Part shown: positions 1 to 10,765 of the stretch, in pieces
How positions within the stretch are numbered: the stretch's first letter is position 1
Layout: every line of letters begins with the position of its first letter
Source: Burkholderiaceae bacterium
GTDB taxonomy: Bacteria; Pseudomonadota; Gammaproteobacteria; Burkholderiales; Burkholderiaceae_C
DNA: 56,946 nt
Assembly: GCA_024709845.1 (NCBI GenBank)
Contig: JANJVX010000146.1
Span: forward strand, 1 to 56,946
Direction: 5' to 3'
The notes under the pieces: model-generated
Told to the model about the DNA's origin: nothing
Seen by the model: only the letters and a program-made list of their open reading frames with translations
Databases searched by the model: none
Translations under genes and position numbers: made by a program

Positions 1-240
1 GGTCTTGCCCAGCCCCGGCGGGCCGAACAAGAGCACATGGTCCAGCGCCTCTTCGCGCTTCTTCGCCGCACCAATGAAGATCTCCAGCTGCTCGCGCGCC
101 TTGGCCTGGCCGACATATTCCTGCAGCAGCTTGGGGCGCAGGGCGCGTTCGAGGGCTTCTTCGTGCCCCCCTTGTGCACCGGGTGAAATCACCCGGTCCA
201 CCCCCTCCGATCGGACAAAAGAATCCGTGGTAACCGTCAT
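1..240 (-). CDS. ruvB: Holliday junction branch migration helicase RuvB, 5' part (runs off window)
   Basis: Manual translation from ATG 240: MTVTTDSF...[33 protein letters not shown]...[15 protein letters not shown] (RuvB N-terminus and Walker A); purine-rich SD upstream; not in ORF track. Confidence 0.95.
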   Translation of the reverse strand, partial: MTVTTDSFVRSEGVDRVISPGAQGGHEEALERALRPKLLQEYVGQAKAREQLEIFIGAAKKREEALDHVLLFGPPGLGKT

Positions 241-261
241 CCTGTCCTTTTCACCGCAAGA

Positions 262-2190
262 TCACTGTGTCGCTATCCATGCGTGATAGGCAACGCCTTC
301 GTAGCGGAAGTCGGGATAGTTGGCGATCACGAAATCCTTCTCCGTTGTATTGACAGTATAGAAATGAGTGCCCGTCGAATTTTTGAAAAATCGATGCATT
401 GGCACGGATCCTTCCGTAGCCGTCGTCTGCGCATACCACGCTGCGCCCTCATATTTGAATTGCGGATAAGTGCTCTGAACCATGTCGCGCTCAGCCAGGC
501 TAATGGTGTAAAAGTGCGAACCACTGTTCATATTAAAAAACCGGAATACCGGACTCTCTCCGTTCTGCGCAGCGGCATACGCATAAAAGGCAATACCCTC
601 ATAAGAGAAGTCATGATAGGTGGTTTTCACATAATCGCGCTCAGCCGGATTGGGGGTGAAAAAGTGCGCTCCGGTTTTAATGTTGAAGAAGCGATACACC
701 GGAGCTCGTGTGCCGACCGGCAGTTGACCAGAGAGCCACTCCTTCAGTCCAGCTTCGTATGCAAGGTCGAAGCGCCCATACACCTCAGGCGCTGCACTGG
801 TCGTACAGCTAGAGCTCCCCCCGTACAGGGTCCCGATCACATGACTCCCCCCCTTGAACAGGGCCGACCCACTGCTGCCGCCTTCGGTGGTGCCGCGCAT
901 CCAGTTAACGCGGTAAAAATTTCCCGTATCTTCCCCTGCAGTACCGCATTGAAATGTATTGCCAGTTCCCGGGGTACAAGCCAGGAAACTGGTGATATGC
1001 CCCAAGCTCAGCTTCAACAGATCCCCTGCGGGGTGGTGCAGCCCCACAACGGAAGTGCTGATCCCCTGCTTGGTAGCATCCCAACCGGCAAAGAAGGCCC
1101 CAACGGGGGCTTCATCGTTGAGCTTTAGGAACGATACGTCGTTGCTGGAACTGTTATAGAGCAATTTCCCACCGTTATACCGTTTGGTGGATGCACTGGA
1201 TAAAGTGCGTGAATTGCACGTAGGAGAACGATAAAACCAATCCGTTTGCAATGTGGATGCCACGGTCTGACTGGAAATGCAATGGTTGGCCGTCAGAAAA
1301 TAGGGGATCCCTGAAGATGTGGCATCGTTCAGCAAGGTACCGGTGCACAAATAGGACGAGCCATTCGAGGTGAACACCATGCGAGCCACAGCATTGCGTT
1401 GGTTGGCGTAGGTGTCATCACAGGTGGCATCCTGCTCGCAGGCCTGGGATTCATTGATCTTGGCCTGCATTTCGTCTTCGGCCTGCACAGACAGGTCGGC
1501 AAAGATGTGCGAAACCGACGGAATCGCGATGCGCAACGCATCCTTGGGCGTGCCGGCAGGCAGCTCGATCTCCAGCGTCGCTTCCTGGGTGCCCATGTCC
1601 GGCGTCCACCAGGTCCGTGCAGCATCGGTCTTGTCCCCTGCTTGCATATTTGTCTGGATGCGCTGCAGGATTTCCTGCCCGGAAATCTGGAACACCACTT
1701 CGGGCTTCTCCTGGCTATACACCCGCAAAGCAGCACTTCCGGGAAGCGACTCGATCAGCACGCCCAGACGCAAGCCATGCGCACCCTCCGCCGAATAGCT
1801 GATGGCTGCCACCGCATTGCCATAAGCGCCCTCCTGCCATTTCAGCAGGCCACCGACAGCCGCTCCGGACAGGGACTTCGGGCTGGTTCGGGCAACACCA
1901 ACCAAGCGCGGACCTCCGGAGGTTTCCTGCGCGAGTTTTTCCTGCGCCAGAGGCCCCAGGGTAATCTTGGCCGGAGCAGGCGCATGCATCTGGAGGGAAC
2001 TGCGCATCCGGATATGCAGGGATTGCTGCTGCCCAACGCCTGCGGGCTGCTGCCAGCCATCGACCTTGAGCACGGGCCCCACGGAATTGGCGGCACTCAT
2101 GGAGCCTTCACCACCGCCACAGCCCACCACCGTGAACGCCGTGAGCGCAATCACAAAGGCGGAACATCCACGCCATGATTTTCTCAACAT
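262..2190 (-). CDS. Predicted lipoprotein serine protease (S1, lysyl-endopeptidase-like) with three C-terminal DUF5648-like repeats
   Basis: GGAGG then ATG 2190; lipobox-like FTVVGC; triad motifs LTANHC, DVSFLKL, TEGGSSGS; three repeats PVYRFFN..GAHFFT / PVFRFFN..GSHFYT / PMHRFFK..GTHFYT. Confidence 0.85.
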   Translation of the reverse strand: MLRKSWRGCSAFVIALTAFTVVGCGGGEGSMSAANSVGPVLKVDGWQQPAGVGQQQSLHIRMRSSLQMHAPAPAKITLGPLAQEKLAQETSGGPRLVGVARTSPKSLSGAAVGGLLKWQEGAYGNAVAAISYSAEGAHGLRLGVLIESLPGSAALRVYSQEKPEVVFQISGQEILQRIQTNMQAGDKTDAARTWWTPDMGTQEATLEIELPAGTPKDALRIAIPSVSHIFADLSVQAEDEMQAKINESQACEQDATCDDTYANQRNAVARMVFTSNGSSYLCTGTLLNDATSSGIPYFLTANHCISSQTVASTLQTDWFYRSPTCNSRTLSSASTKRYNGGKLLYNSSSNDVSFLKLNDEAPVGAFFAGWDATKQGISTSVVGLHHPAGDLLKLSLGHITSFLACTPGTGNTFQCGTAGEDTGNFYRVNWMRGTTEGGSSGSALFKGGSHVIGTLYGGSSSCTTSAAPEVYGRFDLAYEAGLKEWLSGQLPVGTRAPVYRFFNIKTGAHFFTPNPAERDYVKTTYHDFSYEGIAFYAYAAAQNGESPVFRFFNMNSGSHFYTISLAERDMVQSTYPQFKYEGAAWYAQTTATEGSVPMHRFFKNSTGTHFYTVNTTEKDFVIANYPDFRYEGVAYHAWIATQ

Positions 2191-2290
2191 AAACCCTCCG
2201 AACCAGAATGCCGACCAAGCAGATATTGGGCAAACCATTCCCGCAACATATTTGCACGGCAAATCGACACCCAGACCGAATCCGGCCATC

Positions 2291-2866
2291 CTATCGTGCC
2301 AATGCCTTCAGCGCCAGCTTGATCCCCTCGCTGACGCCCACATCCTGCGGCAAGGCCATCAAAGCCGCCGCAGCTTCCTTGTCGTTGTAGCCCAAAGCCA
2401 ACAGTGCCTGCAGGATATCGGCCTGCGCCTCGGTGGTGGCGTGGACATGGGCGCCGCCCATGTCGGCACCGAGTTTGCCCTTGAGTTCGAGCAACAGCCG
2501 CTCGGCCGTCTTCTTGCCGATGCCCGGCACCTTGACCAGGCGCCCGGCCTCCTGCAGCGTGACGGCCTGCGCCAGGTCCTGCACGCCCATGCCGCTCAGG
2601 ATGGACAGCGCCGTGCGCGGCCCCACGCCCGAAATCTTGATGAGTTCACGAAAGGCAGCGCGCTCGGGCGCCGTGCCAAAGCCGTACAGCAGTTGCGCAT
2701 CCTCGCGCACGATGAACTGCGTGAGCAGACTCACCCGTTCGCCGATGGCGGGCAGGTTGTAGAAGGTGCTCATGGGCACCTGCACCTCGTAGCCGACGCC
2801 ATGGCAGTCCACCAGCACCTCCGGCGGGTTCTTCTCCAGCAGCTGACCGGTCAATTTGCCTATCAT
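2291..2866 (-). CDS. ruvA: Holliday junction branch migration protein RuvA
   Basis: [12 protein letters not shown]...GVGYEV...[11 protein letters not shown]...[10 protein letters not shown]...[12 protein letters not shown]...LLALGY; start reassigned to ATG 2866. Confidence 0.97.
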   Translation of the reverse strand: MIGKLTGQLLEKNPPEVLVDCHGVGYEVQVPMSTFYNLPAIGERVSLLTQFIVREDAQLLYGFGTAPERAAFRELIKISGVGPRTALSILSGMGVQDLAQAVTLQEAGRLVKVPGIGKKTAERLLLELKGKLGADMGGAHVHATTEAQADILQALLALGYNDKEAAAALMALPQDVGVSEGIKLALKALAR

Positions 2867-2912
2867 TGGTGTCCTTTGTCGCCGTCCGGCGCATTCCGAC
2901 GGAATTATCAAC

Positions 2913-3866
2913 GTGATCCTGCGCCACACCTTCACCCCCCATAACAACACCCGCCTCACGCACCTGTGCGGCCCGGCAGACTGCCACCTGCGCACCATCG
3001 AGGCCGCCTTGCAGGTCAGCATCGCGCACCGGCACGAGCAGTTCAAGGTGGACGGCCCCAAAGCGCGCGCGACGCAGGCCATGGAAGTGCTGCAGGCCGT
3101 GTATGAAATGGCCGAGCGGCCCATCACCGAAGAACACCTGCAGCTCATGCTGGTGGGCGACAGCGCCCTGGCCGCCGAGACCGAAGGCGGCCCGGCCCCG
3201 CTGAACACCCGCCGCGCCGACCTGCGCGCGCGCACGCCCACACAGGCCCAGTACCTCGACAACATCGCCACACACGACATCACCTTCGGCATCGGCCCGG
3301 CCGGCACCGGCAAGACCTACCTCGCCGTGGCCTGCGCGGTCGATGCGCTGGAGCGCAGCAACGTGCAGCGCATCGTGCTCACGCGCCCGGCGGTGGAGGC
3401 GGGCGAGCGCCTGGGCTTTCTGCCCGGCGACCTGGCGCAGAAGGTCGACCCCTACCTGCGCCCGCTGTACGACGCGCTCTACGACCTCATGGGCTACGAC
3501 AAGGTGCAGAAGGCCTTCGAGCGCAACGCGCTGGAGATCGCGCCGCTGGCCTTCATGCGCGGGCGCACGCTGAACAACGCCTTCGTCATCCTCGACGAGG
3601 CGCAAAACACCACCCCCGAGCAGATGAAGATGTTCCTCACGCGCATCGGTTTCGGCGCCAAGGCCGTGGTCACCGGTGACGTGAGCCAGATCGACCTGCC
3701 CAAGGGCCAGCTCAGCGGCTTGATCGACGCCGAGCGCGTCTTGAAGCGCGTCAAAGGCATCGCCGTGACCCGCTTCACCACCGCCGACGTGGTGCGCCAC
3801 CCGCTGGTGGCGCGCATCGTCGATGCCTACGACGCCCAGCGCAGCCGGCGCGGCAGCAGCGAATAA
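2913..3866 (+). CDS. PhoH-family ATPase (YbeZ-like)
   Basis: GPAGTGKT Walker [33 protein letters not shown]; probable GTG start 2913; upstream of ybeY. Confidence 0.93.
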   Translation: MILRHTFTPHNNTRLTHLCGPADCHLRTIEAALQVSIAHRHEQFKVDGPKARATQAMEVLQAVYEMAERPITEEHLQLMLVGDSALAAETEGGPAPLNTRRADLRARTPTQAQYLDNIATHDITFGIGPAGTGKTYLAVACAVDALERSNVQRIVLTRPAVEAGERLGFLPGDLAQKVDPYLRPLYDALYDLMGYDKVQKAFERNALEIAPLAFMRGRTLNNAFVILDEAQNTTPEQMKMFLTRIGFGAKAVVTGDVSQIDLPKGQLSGLIDAERVLKRVKGIAVTRFTTADVVRHPLVARIVDAYDAQRSRRGSSE

Positions 3867-3928
3867 CTCCTGAATTCATAGCTGCTCGCGCAGTAAAGGC
3901 GGGCCCTGGAGGCAAAAATGGCTTTAAA
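3866..3928 (+). repeat. Repeat family A (~63 bp) copy 1; fills phoH-ybeY gap and contains the ybeY SD and ATG
   Basis: actcctgaattcatagct + 27 nt + ggcaaaaatggctttaaa; aligns without gaps to other copies. Confidence 0.75.
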
Positions 3929-4376
3929 CCACCTCACACTTTCCCTGCAATTCGCCCGTGGCGATGAAACGGTGGCCCACCGTGCCGTGCTGCCGCGCCA
4001 CAAGGTCACGCGCTGGATCCGCCACGCCCTGGCCCAGGATGCCGAAATCACCGTGCGCATCGTCGGCCAGGACGAGGGCCGCCAGCTCAACCGCGACTAC
4101 CGGCACAAGGACTACGCCACCAACGTGCTGACCTTCGATTACACGCAGGAGCCCCTGGTGACGGCTGACCTGGTGCTCTGCGCCCCGGTGGTCGAGCGCG
4201 AGGCGCACGAGCAGAACAAAAGCCTGGAAGAGCACTACGCCCACCTGCTGGTGCACGGCACGCTGCACGCCCAGGGCTGGGACCACGAGACCAGCGAAGC
4301 AGATGCGCAGGAGATGGAAGCCTACGAGACCGACATCCTGCGGGAGCTGGGCTTTGCCGATCCGTATGCCGCGTGA
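3918..4376 (+). CDS. ybeY: rRNA maturation endoribonuclease YbeY
   Basis: [17 protein letters not shown] and [15 protein letters not shown] (H3xH5xH) motif. Confidence 0.96.
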   Translation: MALNHLTLSLQFARGDETVAHRAVLPRHKVTRWIRHALAQDAEITVRIVGQDEGRQLNRDYRHKDYATNVLTFDYTQEPLVTADLVLCAPVVEREAHEQNKSLEEHYAHLLVHGTLHAQGWDHETSEADAQEMEAYETDILRELGFADPYAA

Positions 4377-4518
4377 TGCCCCCGGAAAAAAAACGCATTC
4401 CGGCAAAGCAATTGATACTTTTTATGCAGCAATGAACGCCTGATTTTTAAATATCTCCACCTAAGATACGCACAATAATCCCGGGACGCGTTGCCAGCCC
4501 GGGCCTGGAGGAGATGCC

Positions 4519-5256
4519 TTGGACACCGCCCTGCTGCTCGCTGCCGCCTTCATCGCCGGCGCCCTCAATGCCGTCGCCGGAGGCGGCAGCTTTCTGACCC
4601 TGCCCGCCCTCGTCTTCACCGGCGTGCCCCCCGTGGCGGCCAATGCCACGGGCACCGTGGCACTGCTGCCGGGCTACATCGCCGGGGCCTGGGGCTTCCG
4701 TGAAGACACCGCCCCGCCGCCGGGCCTGTCGATGCGTCTGCTGGTGGTGCTCTCGCTGATCGGCGGCGCGGCGGGTGCGGCGCTGCTGCTGGTCACGCCC
4801 GACGCCACCTTCCGGCGCGTAGTGCCCTGGCTGCTGCTGGCGGCCACGGCGCTGTTTGCCTTTGGCCCGTGGCTGCGCGCGCGCCTGGCGGGCGGCAAAC
4901 CCTCCACGGCCCGCGCCACCATCGGCGTGCTGGCCGTGGCGGGCTATGGGGGCTACTTCAACGGCGGGCTGGGCATTCTGTTGCTTGCGCTGTTCGGCCT
5001 CTTGGGCCAGACCAACCTCAACGCCATGAACGTCCTGAAAAACTGGGTATCGGCCCTGCTCACGGCCATCGCCGTAGCCATCTACGCCGCGGGCGGCGTG
5101 GTGCACTGGCCCCAGGCGCTGCTGATGATGCTGGCCGCCACCGCGGGTGGTTACGGCGGCGCACGCGTGGCGCGCAAGCTGCCTGCGCCGGTGCTGCGCT
5201 GGGGCATCGTGGCCACAGGCCTGGTGATGGCCGGGCTGTTCTTCTGGCGCCAGTGA
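4519..5256 (+). CDS. TauE/SafE (TSUP) family membrane transporter
   Basis: AGALNAVAGGGSFLTLPAL and YGGYFNGGLG motifs; hydrophobic; GGAGGAG then TTG start. Confidence 0.88.
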   Translation: MDTALLLAAAFIAGALNAVAGGGSFLTLPALVFTGVPPVAANATGTVALLPGYIAGAWGFREDTAPPPGLSMRLLVVLSLIGGAAGAALLLVTPDATFRRVVPWLLLAATALFAFGPWLRARLAGGKPSTARATIGVLAVAGYGGYFNGGLGILLLALFGLLGQTNLNAMNVLKNWVSALLTAIAVAIYAAGGVVHWPQALLMMLAATAGGYGGARVARKLPAPVLRWGIVATGLVMAGLFFWRQ

Positions 5257-6515
5257 GCAGCCACACCACGCATCCCCCCGGCCCAGGACACACGGGCGAG
5301 CGCGCGCTCTGGGTCATGCTGCTGGCGCTGCTCAGCGGCTTCGCGCTCAGCCAGGCCTTCCGCACCACCACGGCCATGATGGCCCAGGGGCTGACGGCGG
5401 AGTTCGGGCTGTCCGCCCAGTCGCTGGGCGCCTTCGCCGGGCTGTTCGGCCTGTCCTTCGGCGTGGCCCAGCTGCTGATGGGCGTGGGGCTGGACCTGTA
5501 CGGCCTGCGCCGCACCGTGCTCATCGCCTTTCCATTCACCATCGCGGGCTCCGCGCTCTCCGCCCTGGCGCCCGGCTATGCCTGGCTGATGGCGGGCCAG
5601 TTGCTGATCGGCATGGGCTGCTCGCCCGCCTTCCTGGCCTGCACGCTGTTCATCGCGCGGCACTTTCCGGCGGATCGCTTCGCCTTTCTCTCGGGCGTGG
5701 CCATGGGCGTGGGCGGGCTGGGCCTGCTGTTCACCGGCACGCCGCTGGCCTGGCTGGTGCAGCACGGCGGCTGGCGCACCGGCTACGCGGCGCTGGCCGG
5801 TTTGAGCGCGTTGTCGTGGCTGCTGATCTACCTACGCGTGCACGAGCCACCGCTGCCTGCCGCTCCTGTGGCCGCGCGCGAAACCTGGGGCCAGGCCCTG
5901 CGCGGCTTTGCCGAGCTGCTGCTCCTGCCCCACACCTGGGGCATCCTGCTGCTGGGCATGTCGGGCTACGCCGCCTTCCTGTCGCTGCGCGGCCTGTGGC
6001 TGGCGCCGCTGCTGATGGACCGCTTCCACCTCACGCTGGTGGACAGCGGCAACGTCGCACTCGCCCTGTCGCTCATCGCGCTGTTCGCGCCCGGCCTGTC
6101 GGGTCGGCTGGACCCCGGCACCGCCAAGCGCCGGTTCTGGATCGCCAACGCCTCGCTGCTGATGGCCGGGATGTTCGTGGCGCTGGCACTGCTGCGGCAG
6201 CACACGGGCGCCAGCGTGGCGCTGATCCTGCTGATGGGTCTGCTGTCGGGCTACGGCGTGCTGCAGTACGCCGACGTGCGCACCTCCTACCCACCCGCGC
6301 TGACGGGCCGCGCCCTCTCTGCGTTCACCATGGCCATGTTCCTGGGCGTGGCGCTGATGCAGTGGTTCACCGGCATCGTCGCCACCTGGGCCGTGCAGCG
6401 CGGCACAGACCTGCACACCGCCGTGATGCTCGCCATCGCCGGGTGGCTGGCGCTGGCGTCGATGGGGTTCCGGTGGCTTCCGGTGTCACCGTTGGTGGCG
6501 GCAAAAAATCAATAA
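5253..6515 (+). CDS. MFS transporter
   Basis: GTGA overlap with upstream gene; motif-A-like GVGLDLYGLRR; about 12 hydrophobic segments. Confidence 0.88.
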   Translation: MSSHTTHPPGPGHTGERALWVMLLALLSGFALSQAFRTTTAMMAQGLTAEFGLSAQSLGAFAGLFGLSFGVAQLLMGVGLDLYGLRRTVLIAFPFTIAGSALSALAPGYAWLMAGQLLIGMGCSPAFLACTLFIARHFPADRFAFLSGVAMGVGGLGLLFTGTPLAWLVQHGGWRTGYAALAGLSALSWLLIYLRVHEPPLPAAPVAARETWGQALRGFAELLLLPHTWGILLLGMSGYAAFLSLRGLWLAPLLMDRFHLTLVDSGNVALALSLIALFAPGLSGRLDPGTAKRRFWIANASLLMAGMFVALALLRQHTGASVALILLMGLLSGYGVLQYADVRTSYPPALTGRALSAFTMAMFLGVALMQWFTGIVATWAVQRGTDLHTAVMLAIAGWLALASMGFRWLPVSPLVAAKNQ

Positions 6516-6568
6516 AAATCGACTCCAACGCTTACATGGTAATCGTTGGAAGCTATCATTTTTGAATC
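6506..6568 (-). repeat. Repeat family A copy 2; contains the MFS stop codon
   Basis: Reverse complement gattcaaaaatgatagct-tccaacgattaccatgtaagcgttgga-gtcgatttttattgattt; central stem tccaacg/cgttgga. Confidence 0.8.
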
Positions 6569-6622
6569 AAAAACCCGCCCGCTCGTACGGCAGAGCGCCC
6601 AGACATGGCAGCTGGGCGCCCC

Positions 6623-6936
6623 TCAGCGCGGCTGGAAGGCAATCAGCGCCATGCCCAGCAAGGCGACCGCCACACCGGCCACATCCCAGGCGGACGGACG
6701 CACGCCGTCCACCGCCCACAGCCACACGATGGCCGCGCCGATGTAAACGCCGCCATAGGCGGCATAGACCCGGCCCGACGGGGTGTCGTGCAGGGTCAGC
6801 AACCAGGCAAACAGCGCCAGGCTCGCGGCGGCCGGCAGCAGCAGCCACACCGGGCCGTGCTGACGCAGCCACAGCCAGGGCAAATAGCAGCCCACGATCT
6901 CCGCCAGCGCCGTGGCCAGGTAAAGGACAAAGGTTT

Positions 6937-6940
<4 letters not shown>
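6623..6940 (-). CDS. YnfA/UPF0060 family small membrane protein
   Basis: [16 protein letters not shown]...[12 protein letters not shown]...WLWAVDG; GTG 6940 overlaps the dtd stop. Confidence 0.9.
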
Positions 6941-7400
<460 letters not shown>

Positions 7401-7404
<4 letters not shown>

Positions 7405-8351
7405 TTCACTTCCTCCTTGGGGTTGCCTGCGAGGTCATCAAAATGCGCTTCCACATCGGTGGGCAACAGCTCGATGGTGGCGCGCAGGCCGGGCACGGCG
7501 GCCATCAGCGCGCGCTCGACCTGGCCGCGCAGTTCGGCGGCGTGGCGCAGGGTCCAGTCGGCCGGCATGTGCATGTGCATGTCCACGAAGCGGCGCTGCC
7601 CGGCGCGGCGTGTGGACACATGGTCAAAACGCAGCGCCCCCGGAGGCTGGCCCTGCACGAAGCGCTGCAGCGTGGCCTCGATGGTGGACTGCACCTCGGG
7701 CTCGGCGGCCTCGTCCATCAGACCTTGCGAGGAGCGCCAGACCAGCTCCACACCCTCCTTGAGGATGTTGAGCGCAACGATGATGGCCGCCACGGCATCG
7801 AGCCACAACCAGCCCGTGAGGGCTGCGCCCACCAGGCCCACCAGCACGCCGGCCGAGGTCCAGACATCGGTGACGAGGTGGCGCGCGTCGGCCTCCAGCG
7901 CGATGGAGCGGTGCTCGCGCGCCGCGCGGAACATCACCCAGGCCAGCAGGCCATTGAGCGCCGAACTGAGCACCGACAGCCCCAGGCCCCAGCCCACCTG
8001 CTCCAGCGGCTGCGGGTCCAGCAGCCGGTGCACGGCCGCCCACAGGATGCCCGCCGACACCCCCACGATGAGGATGCCCTCGAAGCCCGAGGAAAAATAC
8101 TCGGCCTTGTGGTGGCCGTAGGGGTGGTTGTCGTCGGCGGGCAACTGCGCCACTGTCACCATGGCCAGGGCGAACACCGCGCTGGCGAGGTTGACGAAGG
8201 ACTCCATGGCGTCCGACAACAGGCCCACCGAGCCCGTCACGTACCAGGCCAGGGTCTTGAGCGTGATGGTGAGAATGGCCACGCAGACCGACGCCCACAG
8301 CAGGTTGCGGGGCGTGAGCCAAGGGCGCGGCGAAGATGCGGTGGATGACAT
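7401..8351 (-). CDS. Cation diffusion facilitator family transporter (FieF-like)
   Basis: [37 protein letters not shown]-terminal dimerisation domain. Confidence 0.92.
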
Positions 8352-8391
8352 GGCCCCGGATTACACCAGACTGGCATGCCAGAATCCCGCC

Positions 8392-9879
8392 ATGAACAAG
8401 GCATGGCACCGCCGCACCGCCGCCACGCTGGCCTGCCTGCTGGCCGCCGGCAGTGGTGCCGGGTGGCTGGCGCATGCACGGCTGCAGCAACTGCAGGCGG
8501 CCTTCGAGACCGATGCGCGCATCGTGCACCGCCTGCTGAGCCAGCGCATGGTGCAGCACGACGCCATCCTCTCCACCCTGGCGCTGCTGCAGCCCGCCGA
8601 GCCCGGCCTGGGCGGCGCCGATGCCGCGCTGCCGCGCCTGCCCTCGGTGTACCCGCAGATCCTCGAAGTGCTGCGCCGCCCGGCCGACGGCACCTGGCCC
8701 GCCGCCGCGCGCGCGCCGCTGGAAGCCGCCGAGGCTGTCTCGCGCGCCACGGGTCACGCCGCGCTGGCCCGCCCCGACATTGCCGCCGGGCGCTACCACC
8801 TGGTGCTGGCCAGCGCGCCTACCAGCTACGCGCTGCACATCGACCTGCACGCCACCGTGCCGCACGACGAATGGCCCATGGACCCGGTCACCAGCCCCGT
8901 CCGCGTAACGCTGGAACATGCCGACCAGGCCTTCACCGTGCAGCCCGGCCGCACGCCGGACCGCGGCTGGAGCTACGGCTTTCGCAAGACCCTGGCCTCG
9001 CCGAGCCAGCCGCTGGACGTGGTGGCACAACGCGTGGTGGGCTGGGACGAGCTGCCCTGGCTCGCCATGCTGGGCTGGTGCGCAGCCACCGCCGCCGCCG
9101 CCGTGGCCATGCGCATGCTGTGGCGCCACCGCGTGGCGCGCCGGCGCGCCGAGGAGCTGCTGCGCCTGGGCCAGGTGGCGCGCCTGAACACCCTGGGCGA
9201 GCTCGCCGCCGGCATGGCGCACGAGCTCAACCAGCCCCTCACCGCGCTGCTCTCAAGCACCCAGGCCGCGCAGCGCCTGCTGGGCGACGAACCGCCCGAC
9301 CTGGATACCGCGCGCACCGCCATGGCGCGCGCCGTGGAGCAGGCACGCCGCGCCTCCGACGTGGTGGGCCGGCTGCGCCGCCTGGTCGAGCGCCCCGACC
9401 TCGCCGGCCAGGCGCAGCCGCTGCAACTGGCCACCGCCGTGCACGACGCGCTGCACCTGCTGGAACCCGAATGCCGCGCCCGCGCCGTGGTGCCCGAGGT
9501 GCATGCCGAGCCCGGCCTCCCCGCCGTGCTGGCCGAGCCCGTGGCGCTGCAGCAGATCGTGCACAACCTCGTGGTGAACGCGCTGCAGGCGCTAGAGCAG
9601 GTCCCCGCCACCGAGCGCCGCCTGGAGTTGCACCTGGCCATGCCCACCCCCGGCCAGATCCAGCTCACCGTGCGCGACCACGGCCCCGGCATCCCGCCCG
9701 AGGCGCGCGAGCGCCTGTTCGAGCCCTTCTTCACCACCCGCGCAGGCGGCCTCGGCCTGGGCCTGCCGCTGTGCGAAAGCCTGGCCCAGGCCATGGGTGC
9801 CAGCCTCCAGCTCGCCCCCGGCAACGGCCGGGGCGCGGCCTTCGTGCTCCTGCTGCCCGCCGCCACGCCCACACCATGA
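8392..9879 (+). CDS. Membrane sensor histidine kinase
   Basis: H-box AHELNQPL, N-box NLVVNALQA, G1 DHGPGI, F-box FEPFFTT, G2 GLGLGL; two hydrophobic segments. Confidence 0.93.
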   Translation: MNKAWHRRTAATLACLLAAGSGAGWLAHARLQQLQAAFETDARIVHRLLSQRMVQHDAILSTLALLQPAEPGLGGADAALPRLPSVYPQILEVLRRPADGTWPAAARAPLEAAEAVSRATGHAALARPDIAAGRYHLVLASAPTSYALHIDLHATVPHDEWPMDPVTSPVRVTLEHADQAFTVQPGRTPDRGWSYGFRKTLASPSQPLDVVAQRVVGWDELPWLAMLGWCAATAAAAVAMRMLWRHRVARRRAEELLRLGQVARLNTLGELAAGMAHELNQPLTALLSSTQAAQRLLGDEPPDLDTARTAMARAVEQARRASDVVGRLRRLVERPDLAGQAQPLQLATAVHDALHLLEPECRARAVVPEVHAEPGLPAVLAEPVALQQIVHNLVVNALQALEQVPATERRLELHLAMPTPGQIQLTVRDHGPGIPPEARERLFEPFFTTRAGGLGLGLPLCESLAQAMGASLQLAPGNGRGAAFVLLLPAATPTP

Positions 9880-10514
9880 ACGACAGCGCCTCCTCCCTCT
9901 CGCCCCTCATCCACCTCGTGGACGACGACGCCGCCGTGCGCGAGGGCCTCTCCCTGCTCATCGCCACCGTGGGCCTGCGCGTGCAGGCCTGGGCCGACCC
10001 GCAGGCCTTCCTGGCCGGGTTCGACCGCGCCAGCATCGGCGCCATCGTGCTCGACGTGCGCATGCCCGGCACCAGCGGCCTGACCGTGCTGGAGCAACTG
10101 CAGACCCAGGGCGCGGACCAGCCCGTGGTCCTGCTCACCGGCCACGGCACGGTAGACATGTGCCGCCGCGCCTTCAAGGCCGGAGCAGCCGAGTTCCTCG
10201 AAAAACCCGTGGAAGACGAGGTGCTCATCGAGGCCCTGCAGAACGCCGTGCGCCAGCATGTGCGCTCGCGCGAACGCCACCAGGCCGACCAGCAGGCGCG
10301 CGAGCGCCACGCCCAGCTCTCGGCGCGCGAACGCGAGGTGCTGGGCCTGATCGTCGAGGGGCTGACGACCAAGGAGATCGGCCGCGCGCTCGAACTCTCA
10401 CCGCGCACCGTGGAAACGCACCGCGCCAACCTGTTCGCCAAGCTCGGCGTGGACTCGCTGGCCCAGCTCATCCGGCGCTACGCCGCGCTCGTAGATACCC
10501 ACCCAGACCCGTGA
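9876..10514 (+). CDS. FixJ/NarL-family response regulator (REC + LuxR HTH)
   Basis: ATGA overlap; VDDD, LDVRMP, FLEKP, LSAREREVL..SPRTVETHR. Confidence 0.94.
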   Translation: MNDSASSLSPLIHLVDDDAAVREGLSLLIATVGLRVQAWADPQAFLAGFDRASIGAIVLDVRMPGTSGLTVLEQLQTQGADQPVVLLTGHGTVDMCRRAFKAGAAEFLEKPVEDEVLIEALQNAVRQHVRSRERHQADQQARERHAQLSAREREVLGLIVEGLTTKEIGRALELSPRTVETHRANLFAKLGVDSLAQLIRRYAALVDTHPDP

Positions 10515-10536
10515 AACACCTTTGACTTCGCCAGTG

Positions 10537-10636
10537 GCCACCGCTCAAGGGCCGCCCCGCCGCGCTGGTGGCGTCCCCCTTCCCGCCTCGCGCAGCGGGG
10601 CGAGAGAAGGGGGAAGGCGCGTAGCGCCACAGGGGG
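10537..10636 (+). repeat. Repeat family B (multi-hairpin, ~100 bp) copy 1
   Basis: Shares gcgctggtggcgtcccccttcccgc...gcgagagaagggggaag with 42187-42297. Confidence 0.8.
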
Positions 10637-10643
10637 TTGCCTC

Positions 10644-10681
10644 CTCCGTAGAACTACGGAGCCCTGCGCGTAGCCGTCCGC
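10644..10681 (+). promoter_or_regulatory. Palindromic operator CTCCGTAG-AA-CTACGGAG plus a degenerate second site 22 bp downstream
   Basis: Perfect 8-2-8 inverted repeat 10644-10661; GCGTAG at 10668; -10-like TACAGT at 10706-10711 upstream of the heme-binding protein gene. Confidence 0.6.
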
Positions 10682-10765
10682 ATGGCGCGGCACGGCGGCT
10701 TTTTCTACAGTTCTCCCCACGGCGCCGCAACGGGTGGCGCCGAAGGACCACCACCGGAGAACACC

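Noticed and set aside
2867-2912. SOS box upstream of ruvA
   Set aside because: No CTGT-N8-ACAG-like site in the 46-bp divergent gap
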